From Microcoleus sp. (GTDB taxonomy: Bacteria; Cyanobacteriota; Cyanobacteriia; Cyanobacteriales; Microcoleaceae), in NCBI GenBank assembly GCA_042408215.1, contig JAYFMW010000006.1, forward strand, positions 320,001 to 384,000: a DNA stretch of 64,000 bases. The letters run 5' to 3'. A program made the translations under genes and the position numbers. The notes below the pieces were generated by a model. That model made no database searches and was not told the origin of the DNA. It worked only from the letters and a program-made list of their open reading frames with translations. Shown here in pieces: positions 11,364-21,937 of this stretch (position 1 is its first letter; each line of letters starts with the position of its first letter).

Positions 11364-11661
11364 AAAGAATACCCTGAAAACCCTGTGACTTTAGTCCAGG
11401 GATGAAAGGGCGTTGCAGGATTTATCCAGCCAGCCCTCTTTATGCAAGACACAAACCACATTCTGTTACCATAAAAATGTGGGATGGATACACAGACGCA
11501 GGTCTGGGAAGCAAATGCCTACCACAAGTAGCCATAGACTCAGCAATGGGCGAGTGGGTAGTGGGTTATTGACAAACCCTTTAAGAAGCAAGATTTGGGT
11601 GGATTCATCCCCCAAAGTTTGTCCTTAAGAATCCCCGTGTCTTTAGACCGGGGAGTGTCAA
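11364..11661 (+). mobile_element. Non-autonomous IS200/IS605 mini-element (tnpB deleted, putative omegaRNA retained)
   Basis: Left hairpin CCCTGTGACTTTAGTCCAGGG; right end AAGAATCCCCGTGTCTTTAGACCGGGGAGTGTCAA; residual TnpB-tail-like peptide HRLSNGRVGSGLLTNPLR; TTAT on the 5' flank and no TSD. Confidence 0.8.
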
Positions 11662-11721
11662 TTAGATGTGGAACAGATTACAATCCACTTAATCTTCCTT
11701 TAATTTCTGTACTAGACCTCC

Positions 11722-13773
11722 ATGAGTGAAACCGTCCTAGAAGTTCGCAACCTGCGGGTTCAATTTCCATCTGCGGATGCAGGCGATGCGTCTGCAACAA
11801 TCAAAGCAGTTGACGGCATTTCCTTTGAGGTGAAGCGAGGCCAAACCCTGGGAATCGTGGGAGAATCGGGGTCAGGAAAATCCGTCACTTCCCTAGCTAT
11901 TATGGGTTTGCTGTCGAGTTTTTCAACTGAAATTTCGGGGGAAATTTGGTTCTCTTCGGCAACAGACAATGCTAGCAATCAGCCGGTAAATCTGCTGGAA
12001 ATCCCGGAAAGGGAAAAACAAACATACCGGGGCAGTCAGATTGCCACGATTTTTCAAGAGCCGATGAGTTCGCTAAATCCCGTCTACACCATTGGATTTC
12101 AACTGACAGAAGCGATTTGTCTGCACCAAAATGTATCCCAAATTTCAGCACGACGGAAGGCTGCTTCTCTGCTGCAAGAGGTGAAGCTGCTACCTGACGA
12201 TGGGGAACTAAAACAGCGGTGTTTAGCCAAAATGCAAGAGCATTCAGGGGCCGAGTCTGGGAAGGAAGCAGCAGCAGGAGATTCACGGGATTTGATGCAG
12301 CGGATCAACAGGGAAAAACAGGCTATACTCGATCGCTACCCCCACGAATTATCCGGCGGCCAAATTCAGCGGGTGATGATTGCAATGGCGATTTCTTGCA
12401 ATCCGACTTTATTAATTGCAGACGAACCAACAACAGCTTTAGACGTCACCGTACAAGCAACTATCTTGGCTTTGCTGCGGGAGTTGCGGGACTCTAGAGG
12501 CATGGCAATGATTTTTATTACCCACGATTTGAGCGTCATTGCTGAAATTGCTGATACGGTGGCCGTGATGTATCGAGGTCAAATTGTTGAATGTGGCAAC
12601 ATCGAACAAATTTTTAGTAATCCGATCCATCCTTACACAAAAGGTCTATTAGCTTGCCGCCCAACTCTGGAGAAGCAATTGCGCCGCTTGCCGACGGTTT
12701 CTGATTTTATGGATGTCACCACGAATGCCAGCGGTGAATTAGTAATAGTCGAGAAAAATATTGATTTAGACGGTGAAAATAGCGGGGGACAGTCCGCTTT
12801 TGCTACAGGAAGAGCGCCGATGCTACCGAATATTTCCGGGGCTTTGCTGACTGTTAATAACTTGCGAGTTGGTTTCCCGGTAAAGGGAATTTTTGGGGAA
12901 ACAAAAAGCCTATTTATGGCGGTGAATGATATTTCTTTTGAGGTTTATCCAGGGGAGACTTTGGGTTTAGTGGGTGAGTCGGGCTGCGGCAAATCTACTT
13001 TGGCGAGAGCTTTGCTGCAATTAATTCCGATCGCTAGCGGTGAAGTGTTTTTTGAAGGTCAAGAAATTACGCCTCCTGCTTATAATATTTCTCAATGGCG
13101 GTGGATGGCTAATTATCGGATACAAAAACAGTATGCTCGCAAGTTGCGGTGGCTGCGCCGGGATCTGCAAATTATTTTTCAAGACCCTTTTAGTTCTCTC
13201 GATCCCCGGCTGAATGTTGGGGAGGCGGTGATGGAACCGATGGTGATTCATCGCTTTGGTAAGAGTCAGAAAGAACAGCGGGATCGGGCAGCTTATTTGT
13301 TAGATAGAGTGGGTTTAAATCCCGATTTTATGCAGCGTTATCCTCACGAGTTTTCGGGGGGTCAGCGGCAGCGAGTTTGTATTGCTAGAGCTTTGGCTTT
13401 GAATCCTAAGTTTATTATTTGTGATGAGTCTGTTTCGGCCTTGGATGTGTCGGTACAGGCGCAAGTTTTAAATTTGTTGAAGGAATTGCAGACAGAGTTT
13501 GGACTGACTTATATTTTTATTTCTCACGATTTGGGCGTGGTGAAGTTTATGAGCGATCGGGCGATCGTGATGAACAAGGGTAAAATCGAAGAAATTGGCA
13601 CAGCAGAGCGTATTTACCGCCAGCCACAGCAAGCTTACACGCGACAACTTATTGCTGCTATTCCGGCGGGGAATTTGGAGCGAATTCGGGAACAGCAATT
13701 AGGGCGCAAGACTTATTTGTCCGCTACGGATGCTTCCCCCCTATCGCCAACCGATGAGTCTCAACACGCTTGA
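11722..13773 (+). CDS. Peptide/nickel-type ABC transporter ATP-binding protein with two ATPase domains
   Basis: Two Walker A motifs (GESGSGKS, GESGCGKS), two YPHE(L/F)SGGQ signatures and HPYT motif. Confidence 0.93.
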   Translation: MSETVLEVRNLRVQFPSADAGDASATIKAVDGISFEVKRGQTLGIVGESGSGKSVTSLAIMGLLSSFSTEISGEIWFSSATDNASNQPVNLLEIPEREKQTYRGSQIATIFQEPMSSLNPVYTIGFQLTEAICLHQNVSQISARRKAASLLQEVKLLPDDGELKQRCLAKMQEHSGAESGKEAAAGDSRDLMQRINREKQAILDRYPHELSGGQIQRVMIAMAISCNPTLLIADEPTTALDVTVQATILALLRELRDSRGMAMIFITHDLSVIAEIADTVAVMYRGQIVECGNIEQIFSNPIHPYTKGLLACRPTLEKQLRRLPTVSDFMDVTTNASGELVIVEKNIDLDGENSGGQSAFATGRAPMLPNISGALLTVNNLRVGFPVKGIFGETKSLFMAVNDISFEVYPGETLGLVGESGCGKSTLARALLQLIPIASGEVFFEGQEITPPAYNISQWRWMANYRIQKQYARKLRWLRRDLQIIFQDPFSSLDPRLNVGEAVMEPMVIHRFGKSQKEQRDRAAYLLDRVGLNPDFMQRYPHEFSGGQRQRVCIARALALNPKFIICDESVSALDVSVQAQVLNLLKELQTEFGLTYIFISHDLGVVKFMSDRAIVMNKGKIEEIGTAERIYRQPQQAYTRQLIAAIPAGNLERIREQQLGRKTYLSATDASPLSPTDESQHA

Positions 13774-13869
13774 TTTATCTGAAATTAGAAGGTAAAATGC
13801 CAGATTTTATCTTCAATTCAGCCTGCTGAATTCCTGTTTTTGTCTTCGAGCTAGAGAAGCTCAGATTAA

Positions 13870-14300
13870 ACAGGACTAAGGTCAACTGTCACACTTAAAT
13901 CAGCTTATAGGGTGCGTCAGACGAAGTTACATCAAATCCTCTCTTCATCGGAATTATTCATCTCTCTCCGATCTCCCTCTGCGTTCTCTGCGTCCTAGAA
14001 AGGTTAAATCATTCCGATACAACCGGAAACGAAGTTATAGATCGACATAATCAGGGTTTGAGCTTCCGGGGCACCTTACTAATTGTGACACTTGCGTCCA
14101 GGACTATTAAACATTAATATATTCGACCAAATATCTAATAGACAGATCGCACAGTTAGTGCTATTTTAGATATCAAAGTAAATTTTTATATGTACGTTAT
14201 TGAATAATAGAGGACTTAGGCATTGTAACGGTGTTACAAGGGTTTGAGATTCTTCGTTTCACTCAGAATGACATAATTAGGTTGTTAATGCGTAAGTCCT
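13870..14300. repeat. Degenerate nested MITE/REP copies
   Basis: AGGACTTA(G/C)GCA...TGCGTAAGTCCT-type ends. The inner ATCAAATCC...CATCGGAATTATTCATCTCTCTC...ATTCCGATAC unit is shared with 48184-48291. Confidence 0.6.
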
Positions 14301-14493
14301 GTAATAGATCGCCCACCCAAAAGTCGGTAAATTGCGAATTCCGTAAATATACTGAAATCGGTTACATAGTTGCGTAAATTTACGCAAAATGTCAAAGAGT
14401 AGATTTCACAAGCGAGAAAACATTGACAATATTTAAACATTTTGATTGCGGTTTGTGAATCAGCAAAAATCAACCAAAATTCAGAGTAAGACC

Positions 14494-17400
14494 ATGAAAA
14501 ATAGCATTCCTAGTTTATTCTCAACTTGGAGAATCCTACAGCTTTTATCAAAATGGTTCCCCATAACACGCAACCGTCATAACTTGTACAAGAGTAAACT
14601 GGTAATTACATTTTTAGCAGTTGTAGCAGCAGCAAAGATTGTCTATTCGGCGGTATCGGCGCGGTGGAATGCTACAACTGCTGCGAAAAAAGATCGCCCA
14701 TCCAGCGAATTAGATGCCAAAGAGCGCTTTTTTACCCTCTCGTTAGAGATGCTATGCGTGATTGGTTTCGACGGTTATTTTAAACTAATCAATCCCACAA
14801 CCACAAAATTCCTCGGCTATTCCGAAGCCGAACTTTTAGCGAAACCCTTCATTGAATTTGTACATCCAGAAGATCGAGAAGCTACTTTTAAAAAAGTTGA
14901 AAGTATTGCTGCGAGTAATTGTACTATTGAATTGGAAAACCGCTACTGCTGCAAAGACGGTTCTTACAAGTGGATATCCTGGACTATTAGTCCTGTTCTA
15001 GAAGAGGAATTGATGTATGCTGTCGGCCGCGACATCACCGGTTCACTGTTAGAAAGTATACTTGAAAGCACCGCAGACTTAATTTTTGTCAAGGATACTC
15101 AGGGTAGGTATGTCTCGCTAAACTCCAAAACAGCCGCTTTTTTTGGCAAGTCAAAAGCAGAGGTTATCGGCCAAAAAGACACCGGTTTTTTTTCACCTAA
15201 AATCGTTGCTAAACTTGTAGAGATAGACCGCCGAGTTATCCACTCTGGTATGGAGGAAACCGTCGAGGAATTAGTAGAAGACATTGACGGCAACTTTCAG
15301 ACATATCTTACAATTAAAAGTCCGTGGCGAAACAGAGAAGGAAATATAATTGGTGTAGTAGGAGTTGCTCGCGACATTAGCGATCGCAAAATCGCAGAAG
15401 AAAAACTGCGACAGAAAGAAGAATTTTTGCGTAGCATTTACGACGGCGTGGACTACATCATTTTCGTAGTAGATGTCGGTGAAGACGGAGAGTTTCGCTA
15501 CGCCGGATTGAACCCAGCCGCAGAGTTACTGAGTGGAATCAGCAGCGAGGAAGCGTGCGGCAAAACTCCACAAGAACTTTTTGGAACACCGACAGGAACT
15601 TTTTTCTGGCAAAAATTAAGAGAATGTCTCGAAAAAGAGAGTTCAATTTCCTACGAAGCGATCGCTAATTTTGATGCTACAGAAGTGCGTTGTTTGATGA
15701 ATACTCTGACTCCGCTGCGGGACGAATCGGGGAAAATTTATCGCATTGTCGGTAGTTGCACCGAAATTACAGATCGCAAACAAGCAGAACAATCTTTAGC
15801 AGAACAATTGAAACTTTCTGTATTCAGAGCAGATGTGGGAATTGCTCTGACAGAAAACCAAATTTTACCTGTAACTTTGCAAAAGTGCTGCGATGCTGTT
15901 GTGCGGCATTTGGATGCTGCTTTTGCTCGGATTTGGATTCTGAATGAAGACGAAAATGTATTAGAACTGCAAGCAAGCGCGGGGATGTACACTCATATTA
16001 ACGGTGCTCACAGCCACATTCCAGTGGGTGACTTTAAGATTGGTTTAATAGCTAAACAGCGAAAACCCCACCTGACGAATACTGTTATAGAAGATCCCCG
16101 TGTCAGCGACAAAGAATGGGCAGAACGAGAGGGAATGGTAGCTTTTGCCGGATATCCGCTGATTGTTGACAATCAGTTAGTGGGAGTAATTGCGATGTTT
16201 TGTCGCCACGAGTTGAACGAATTAACGCTGATTGCTTTAGCATCCATAGCAGATGCGATCGCCCTGGGAATTAAACGCAAACAAACAGAAGTTGCTCTAG
16301 CGAAACAACAGCAAACTTTGAGGGTAATTATTGACAATGCTCCCATCTGGGTATGGATGACCAATATTAACGGGCGGATGTTATTAGTTAACAAAACTTT
16401 TTCCGAAGATGTTGCTATTCCTGAAGATAAATTTTTGGCAGCAACTCACTATTCAGAATTTTTTGGAGTAGAAGCATCTGCTAACTGCATGGCATCTGAC
16501 TTGCAAGCGTGGAGTCAAGATACTCCGTCTTATTCTGAGGAAGTTCTGCAACTTGCTGACGGTGAAGAACATTATTTGGAGACAATAAAAACTCAGATAA
16601 AAGATGCTTCTGGCAATTCGATCGGCTTGATCGGTTTGGGTTTGGATGTGACGCAGGAAAGAGAATCTCAAAGAAAATTGCAAGAGTCGGAAGCGAGATT
16701 CCGCAAATTAGCTGAGCAGGAAGCGCTGCTGAACCAACTAGCGAGCAATATCCGTGCTTCTCTGGATTTGGATACTATTTTGGCAACTACTGTGCAGCAG
16801 ATTCGCGAGTTGCTGCAAGTCGATCGCTGTCTGTTTGTTTGGTATGAACCCGACGCTTCGCCGCCGGTTTGGAATGTGACATACGAGGCAAAAAATCCTG
16901 ATTTGCCCTCGCTTTTAGGTTTATATCCTACCGATGCTACTGGTTCTCACTCTGAACAGATTGCCAATTTGGAAATAATTCGGATCGATGATTTTGATAC
17001 TGCTACCGCTTCGGTAGAACGGGATTTTTTCATCTCTATAGGATTCAATTCTCTGCTGGACATTCCGATTCAGACACCTTCGAGTCAAATTGGCCTGATT
17101 TGCTGCACTACTTGCGGCGTCCCGCGGCACTGGAGTGACGATGAAGTCGAACTGTTAGTGGCAGTGGGGAATCAATTAACTATTGCGATTAACCAAGCAG
17201 AACTCTACACTCAAAGCGTAGATTCAGCTCGGATAGCACAAGAACAAGCTAAACAGCTAGAAGTGACTTTGTGCGAACTCCAGCAAGCTCAAACTCAGCT
17301 CGTTCAAGCCGAAAAAATGTCGAGTCTCGGTCAGATGGTAGCAGGAATTGCCCACGAAATCAATAATCCGGTCAGCTTTATTTTCGGCAATCTTACTTAT

Positions 17401-18120
17401 ACAGAGGAATACACCGGAAGTCTGATGAAACTGCTGCAAATGTATCAAGATGAATTCCCGGAAACATCGCCAGCAATTCGGGATGCCATTGATGCGTTAG
17501 AATTAGATTTCTTGCTAGACGACTTGCCGAAAATGATTTCTTCGATGAAGGTGGGAGCCACTCGCATTCGGGATATCGTGCGGAGTTTGCGGAGTTTTTC
17601 TCGCCTTGATGAATCTGACATGAAAAGTGTTAACCTTCACGAAGGCATCGACAGCACTTTGATGATTTTAGAACACCGACTTAAAGCTCTGTCCGTTAGC
17701 GTAGCGGGTACGGAGTACCATCGCCCACTAATTCAAGTTGTTAAAGAATACGGAGAATTGCCACAGGTGGAGTGCTACGCCGGATTGTTAAATCAGGTGT
17801 TTATGAATATGCTCGCTAACGCTATTGACGCTTTAGAAGAGCAGAAGTCAAATCCGGGAATAATCCGTATTCGTACAGAGGTAGAAGGTAGTTTTGTGGC
17901 GATCGCGATTTCTGACAACGGTGTAGGGATAACAGAGAAAGTCAAGCAGCGGATATTTGACCCATTTTTTACTACAAAGGCGATCGGTTCGGGGACTGGG
18001 ATGGGTTTGGCGATTTCCCATTCAATTGTTGTCGAAAAACATCAAGGTGAAATCAATTGTATTTCCGCTGTAGGGAAAGGAACTGAATTTATAATTAAGA
18101 TTCCAATTGTTAGTCATTAG
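14494..18120 (+). CDS. Multi-PAS/GAF sensor histidine kinase
   Basis: Several PAS/PAC repeats, two GAF domains, H-box AGIAHEINNP, N-box NQVFMNMLANAIDA and G-boxes DNGVG / GTGMGL. Confidence 0.93.
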   Translation: MKNSIPSLFSTWRILQLLSKWFPITRNRHNLYKSKLVITFLAVVAAAKIVYSAVSARWNATTAAKKDRPSSELDAKERFFTLSLEMLCVIGFDGYFKLINPTTTKFLGYSEAELLAKPFIEFVHPEDREATFKKVESIAASNCTIELENRYCCKDGSYKWISWTISPVLEEELMYAVGRDITGSLLESILESTADLIFVKDTQGRYVSLNSKTAAFFGKSKAEVIGQKDTGFFSPKIVAKLVEIDRRVIHSGMEETVEELVEDIDGNFQTYLTIKSPWRNREGNIIGVVGVARDISDRKIAEEKLRQKEEFLRSIYDGVDYIIFVVDVGEDGEFRYAGLNPAAELLSGISSEEACGKTPQELFGTPTGTFFWQKLRECLEKESSISYEAIANFDATEVRCLMNTLTPLRDESGKIYRIVGSCTEITDRKQAEQSLAEQLKLSVFRADVGIALTENQILPVTLQKCCDAVVRHLDAAFARIWILNEDENVLELQASAGMYTHINGAHSHIPVGDFKIGLIAKQRKPHLTNTVIEDPRVSDKEWAEREGMVAFAGYPLIVDNQLVGVIAMFCRHELNELTLIALASIADAIALGIKRKQTEVALAKQQQTLRVIIDNAPIWVWMTNINGRMLLVNKTFSEDVAIPEDKFLAATHYSEFFGVEASANCMASDLQAWSQDTPSYSEEVLQLADGEEHYLETIKTQIKDASGNSIGLIGLGLDVTQERESQRKLQESEARFRKLAEQEALLNQLASNIRASLDLDTILATTVQQIRELLQVDRCLFVWYEPDASPPVWNVTYEAKNPDLPSLLGLYPTDATGSHSEQIANLEIIRIDDFDTATASVERDFFISIGFNSLLDIPIQTPSSQIGLICCTTCGVPRHWSDDEVELLVAVGNQLTIAINQAELYTQSVDSARIAQEQAKQLEVTLCELQQAQTQLVQAEKMSSLGQMVAGIAHEINNPVSFIFGNLTYTEEYTGSLMKLLQMYQDEFPETSPAIRDAIDALELDFLLDDLPKMISSMKVGATRIRDIVRSLRSFSRLDESDMKSVNLHEGIDSTLMILEHRLKALSVSVAGTEYHRPLIQVVKEYGELPQVECYAGLLNQVFMNMLANAIDALEEQKSNPGIIRIRTEVEGSFVAIAISDNGVGITEKVKQRIFDPFFTTKAIGSGTGMGLAISHSIVVEKHQGEINCISAVGKGTEFIIKIPIVSH

Positions 18121-18121
18121 T

Positions 18122-18268
18122 TTACGGGCGGGCTAGAAGCCCACCCCACAAGAAATAAATGAAATGCTTGTGGAACAGGCATCTTGCTTGTTACGGGCGG
18201 GCTAGAAGCCCACCCCACAAGAAATAAATGAAATGCTTGTGGAACAGGCCGAAAAGCCTGTTACGGGC
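18122..18268. repeat. Tandem 69-bp REP-like units
   Basis: TTACGGGCGGGCTAGAAGCCCACCCCACAAG...TGTGGAACAGGC present twice between convergent genes. Confidence 0.8.
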
Positions 18269-18862
18269 TTATTGCATCGGCCCCAAATACTTAGTTAAAT
18301 AAGGCGAAAAAACCTCATAAATCAGAGTCAATGGCTTACCACGATGCCAAAACAAATAGTGTCGCCCCCAAAAAGGGCCCGACTGTTCAAAAGCTGATTC
18401 CAAAGCAGCCGAATTACCCAAATAAATGCCTTGGACATCCCGATACAATTCTGTCCGCAGTCGCGCTAAACTTGCCCAAATTGGCAAAGATTTATTTTGC
18501 AAATATTCATCTACATGACTCGCTTCCCACCAAGAAGTAGCATAGGCCAAACGCTGTCCAGAAGCAGTCCGCAGCCACACTTGTCGGCGCAGACGAGGCC
18601 CCGGAACCGCGACAATCTGCTCCGGTGCGCCGTCTGCATCCGCACCAACTAAGGACATATCTATGACATCAACTTCTGTGGGTTCCCCTGTCAGCAGTTG
18701 CAGGTGACGGGTGGGGGAACCGTCGCCTAGGAGCAGTATTTGCCATGCCGGTGCTAGCTTGGTGTGGGGTAAACCCTTCTGTACTGCGTCTTCTGCTCCT
18801 TGCCATAGGGGGCTCAGAGCGTGCCAGGTGAGGCTGTTTTTGGGTGTGAATGTTGCAGTCAA
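18269..18862 (-). CDS. Chorismate lyase-like protein (DUF98/Ycf21 family)
   Basis: LLLGDGSPTRHL, RRQVWL and IYEVFSP motifs typical of cyanobacterial chorismate pyruvate-lyase. Confidence 0.85.
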   Translation of the reverse strand: MTATFTPKNSLTWHALSPLWQGAEDAVQKGLPHTKLAPAWQILLLGDGSPTRHLQLLTGEPTEVDVIDMSLVGADADGAPEQIVAVPGPRLRRQVWLRTASGQRLAYATSWWEASHVDEYLQNKSLPIWASLARLRTELYRDVQGIYLGNSAALESAFEQSGPFWGRHYLFWHRGKPLTLIYEVFSPYLTKYLGPMQ

Positions 18863-19040
18863 GGGTCTTTACAAAACTTAATTTTTTGTTGATTATAACG
18901 TTTCTCTAATCTAAAATCGAAAGTCGATCGCCATAACTCGATCGCCCATATCCTGTCCGGTGAAATAGTTATAATACTTTTGTTCGACTTTTGAGAACCC
19001 GGAAATAAAACGCGATCGCCGTTTATTGAGTGTAATAAAT

Positions 19041-20657
19041 ATGTTACGAATAACTGAAATAAAACTCCCCCTCGATCATCCAGTAAATGCGATCGCCGAC
19101 AGCATTCTCAAAAAGCTGCACATTCCCCCCGAAGAATTGCTCGGCTATTCCATCTTCAAGCGCAGCTACGATGCTCGTAAAAAACCAGAAATCCTGCTTG
19201 TCTATATTGTGGATGTGGAAACGACACAAGAAAAGCAAATTTTGGCGCGCTTCACAAAAGATCCTCATGTGATGGTAACACCAGACATGAGTTATCGCTA
19301 TGTAGCCGAAGCTCCCAGAAATTTGACGATTCAGCCCATTGTGATTGGTACAGGGCCTTGTGGGATGTTTGCGGGGCTGATGCTGGCACAAATGGGATTT
19401 CGCCCTATCCTTTTAGAACGTGGTAAATCGGTGCGCGATCGCACGGTTGATACCTTTGGATTTTGGAAGAAAAAAACCGAATTCAACCCAGAATCTAACG
19501 CCCAGTTTGGGGAAGGAGGCGCGGGGACTTTTTCCGATGGGAAACTCTACAGCCAAGTTAAAGATCCTCAGCATTATGGACGCAAGGTGTTGACGGAACT
19601 TGTGAATGCGGGAGCTTCACCGGAAATTTTATATATCAATAAACCCCATATCGGCACTTTTAAACTGGTGGGAATTGTCCAAAGTATGCGCGCCCAAATA
19701 GAATCTTTGGGCGGTGAAATCCGGTTTCAAACTCGTGTAGCAGATATTCACATCGAAAATGGAAAAGTCCAGGGACTTACCACCGCTAGTGGGGAATATA
19801 TTGCTAGTAATTATATAGTTCTGGCGGTGGGACACAGCGCCCGCGATACTTTTGAAATGTTGTTTTCGCGCGGGGTTTACATCGAGGCTAAACCGTTTTC
19901 TATTGGTTTTCGGGTGGAACATCCCCAAAGTATTATCGATCGCTGTCGTTTTGGCGATCGCGCGGGCCATAAGCTTTTGGGAGCCGCCGATTACAAACTG
20001 GTTCACCATTGCCAAAATGGTCGTTCTGTGTATAGCTTCTGTATGTGTCCCGGTGGATTGGTGGTGGCCGCGGCGTCAGAACCGGGGCGACTTGTCACCA
20101 ATGGAATGAGTCAATATTCTCGCAATGAACGCAACGCCAACAGCGGAATTGTGGTGGGGATTACGCCGGAGGATTATCCGGGTCATCCCTTGGCGGGAAT
20201 TGAGTTTCAACGTCGCCTAGAAGAACGGGCATTTGAGTTAGGAGGTGGCACTTACAACGCCCCAGGACAGCTTGTGGGGGATTTTTTGGCAAATCGCCCC
20301 TCGACGGCGCTTGGCGCTGTGCAGCCCTCTTATACGCCGGGAGTTGTGATGACTGATTTGAGCGAAAGTTTGCCGGATTATGCGATCGCAGCCATCCGCG
20401 AAGCACTTCCGGCTTTTGACAAACAGATTAAAGGATTTGCGATGGATGATGCGGTGTTGACTGGGGTGGAAACGCGCACTTCTTCACCGATTCGGATTAA
20501 ACGCAGGGAGGATTATCAGAGTTTAAATACAGAAGGTCTTTATCCGGCGGGGGAAGGCGCAGGATATGCGGGTGGAATCCTGTCGGCGGGGATTGATGGG
20601 ATTAAGGTGGCGGAGGCTGTGGCTTTGAGTATTTTGCGTATTGTAAAACTTCATTAA
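19041..20657 (+). CDS. NAD(P)/FAD-dependent oxidoreductase
   Basis: IGTGPCG Rossmann motif, FGEGGAGTFSDGKL and GEGAGYAGGI. Confidence 0.9.
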   Translation: MLRITEIKLPLDHPVNAIADSILKKLHIPPEELLGYSIFKRSYDARKKPEILLVYIVDVETTQEKQILARFTKDPHVMVTPDMSYRYVAEAPRNLTIQPIVIGTGPCGMFAGLMLAQMGFRPILLERGKSVRDRTVDTFGFWKKKTEFNPESNAQFGEGGAGTFSDGKLYSQVKDPQHYGRKVLTELVNAGASPEILYINKPHIGTFKLVGIVQSMRAQIESLGGEIRFQTRVADIHIENGKVQGLTTASGEYIASNYIVLAVGHSARDTFEMLFSRGVYIEAKPFSIGFRVEHPQSIIDRCRFGDRAGHKLLGAADYKLVHHCQNGRSVYSFCMCPGGLVVAAASEPGRLVTNGMSQYSRNERNANSGIVVGITPEDYPGHPLAGIEFQRRLEERAFELGGGTYNAPGQLVGDFLANRPSTALGAVQPSYTPGVVMTDLSESLPDYAIAAIREALPAFDKQIKGFAMDDAVLTGVETRTSSPIRIKRREDYQSLNTEGLYPAGEGAGYAGGILSAGIDGIKVAEAVALSILRIVKLH

Positions 20658-20658
20658 G

Positions 20659-20884
20659 ATTGTAAGCATCAATAGACAATGGTAGTATCATATAGTCAGA
20701 AGTGTCGATTGATTAACGCCGATGTTAACGGGTCTTACAATATTTTGAGAAAAGCAATCCCAAATGCGTTTAGCGATGGGATAGAGAGCTGCGTAGTTCA
20801 GCCGAGGCGGGTTAATCCGCTCGAAGTGAAAGCGAAAGGGGAGGGACTTCATGCCTCCCACGGCACTGTAATAAATGACTATAC
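20659..20884 (+). mobile_element. IS200/IS605-family remnant: tnpB 3' end with putative omegaRNA
   Basis: Encodes LINADVNGSYNILRKAIPNAF (TnpB RuvC-III, NADxNG); the upstream tnpB is missing; 3' hairpin GGGAGG...CCTCCC. Boundaries are approximate. Confidence 0.75.
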
Positions 20885-20887
20885 TTT

Positions 20888-21147
20888 TACCAGCTATTTC
20901 AGGTTTATGAAGTAGGGACACTCAAGCGTGCTCATTGGTGTCAACTTAAGGCCAAACCCTGTCACAGACTACTGTTTGACGATTAAGGCCAGATCCCCCC
21001 TAACCCCCCTTAAGAAGGGGGGGACAGGAGTCCGATCAAAGTCCCCCTTCTTAAGGGGGATTTAGGGGGATCTAGACTTAGGTAAAAGCGAGAGATACCA
21101 AGGGTTTCAGGCTTAAGTTGACACCTATGGGCACGCTTGAGTCTCCT
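20888..21147. mobile_element. Nested MITE (197-bp core at 20933-21129)
   Basis: CATTGGTGTCAACTTAAG / CTTAAGTTGACACCTATG TIRs inside a REP, preceded by an outer-shell end CAGGTTTATGAAGT. Confidence 0.8.
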
Positions 21148-21163
21148 CATCAACCAACTGTTT

Positions 21164-21715
21164 TCAAACAGTAGCTAAGCGCGATCGAATTTGAGTATCC
21201 GTATATTCCGGTGTCCAACCGACCGTAGTGGTAAAATATCGCACAGCTTTAATTTTCCGTGTTCCTGTCAAATAAAACCAGTGTTCTGTATTCGCCGGCA
21301 CGTTGATAAATTCTTCCGGCTGTACTGTCACTTCCACTTGGCTACCGTCGGGACGCACAAAACCGAAAATTCCCTCTCCTGCTACGATATAGCGGACTTC
21401 ATCGTCAGCGTGAATGTGACACTTGTCAAATTTGGAGAGCAAAGCATCGAGGTTGGGAATGTCTGGGTGCAGTACAATTAAGTCTCGCGACTGATATCCG
21501 GCGGTTTCCTTGAGTTGTTGAAAGTAGCCGTCGAGGGCTTGCAGGACTTGTTCTTTTTGATTGTCGTCGATCGCATCTTTGGCTAGCAATTCCAGAATTT
21601 CTGGGTTGTCTCCCACGGGCCAACTGTTGAGTTGAATGTTTAAAGGCGCGAGTTCGCGGGCCATATCGCTCAGTTGAGTGTAGGTTGTACCGTCTTCGAG
21701 TCGCAGGATAGCCAT
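21164..21715 (-). CDS. mtnD: Acireductone dioxygenase (ARD, cupin)
   Basis: HIHADDEVRY and VPANTEHWF metal-binding motifs. Confidence 0.88.
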   Translation of the reverse strand: MAILRLEDGTTYTQLSDMARELAPLNIQLNSWPVGDNPEILELLAKDAIDDNQKEQVLQALDGYFQQLKETAGYQSRDLIVLHPDIPNLDALLSKFDKCHIHADDEVRYIVAGEGIFGFVRPDGSQVEVTVQPEEFINVPANTEHWFYLTGTRKIKAVRYFTTTVGWTPEYTDTQIRSRLATV

Positions 21716-21937
21716 TTTTGCACGTTCCTATTTTTGGCGATAAACAGACACAGCGAAAGACGCTTGTCGATCGCGCCTGTATAAGAATTACAATTTTAAC
21801 GTGAATATGAACAGGCAAGATGCCTGTTCCACAACAACTAAAGATCTGTCGCGATAAGATTAATAAGTCAGATGCCAGCTAGCAACCGCTGCGATCGGCC
21901 AACCACTGATATTTTAGATGTAACTTTTGCAACAACT

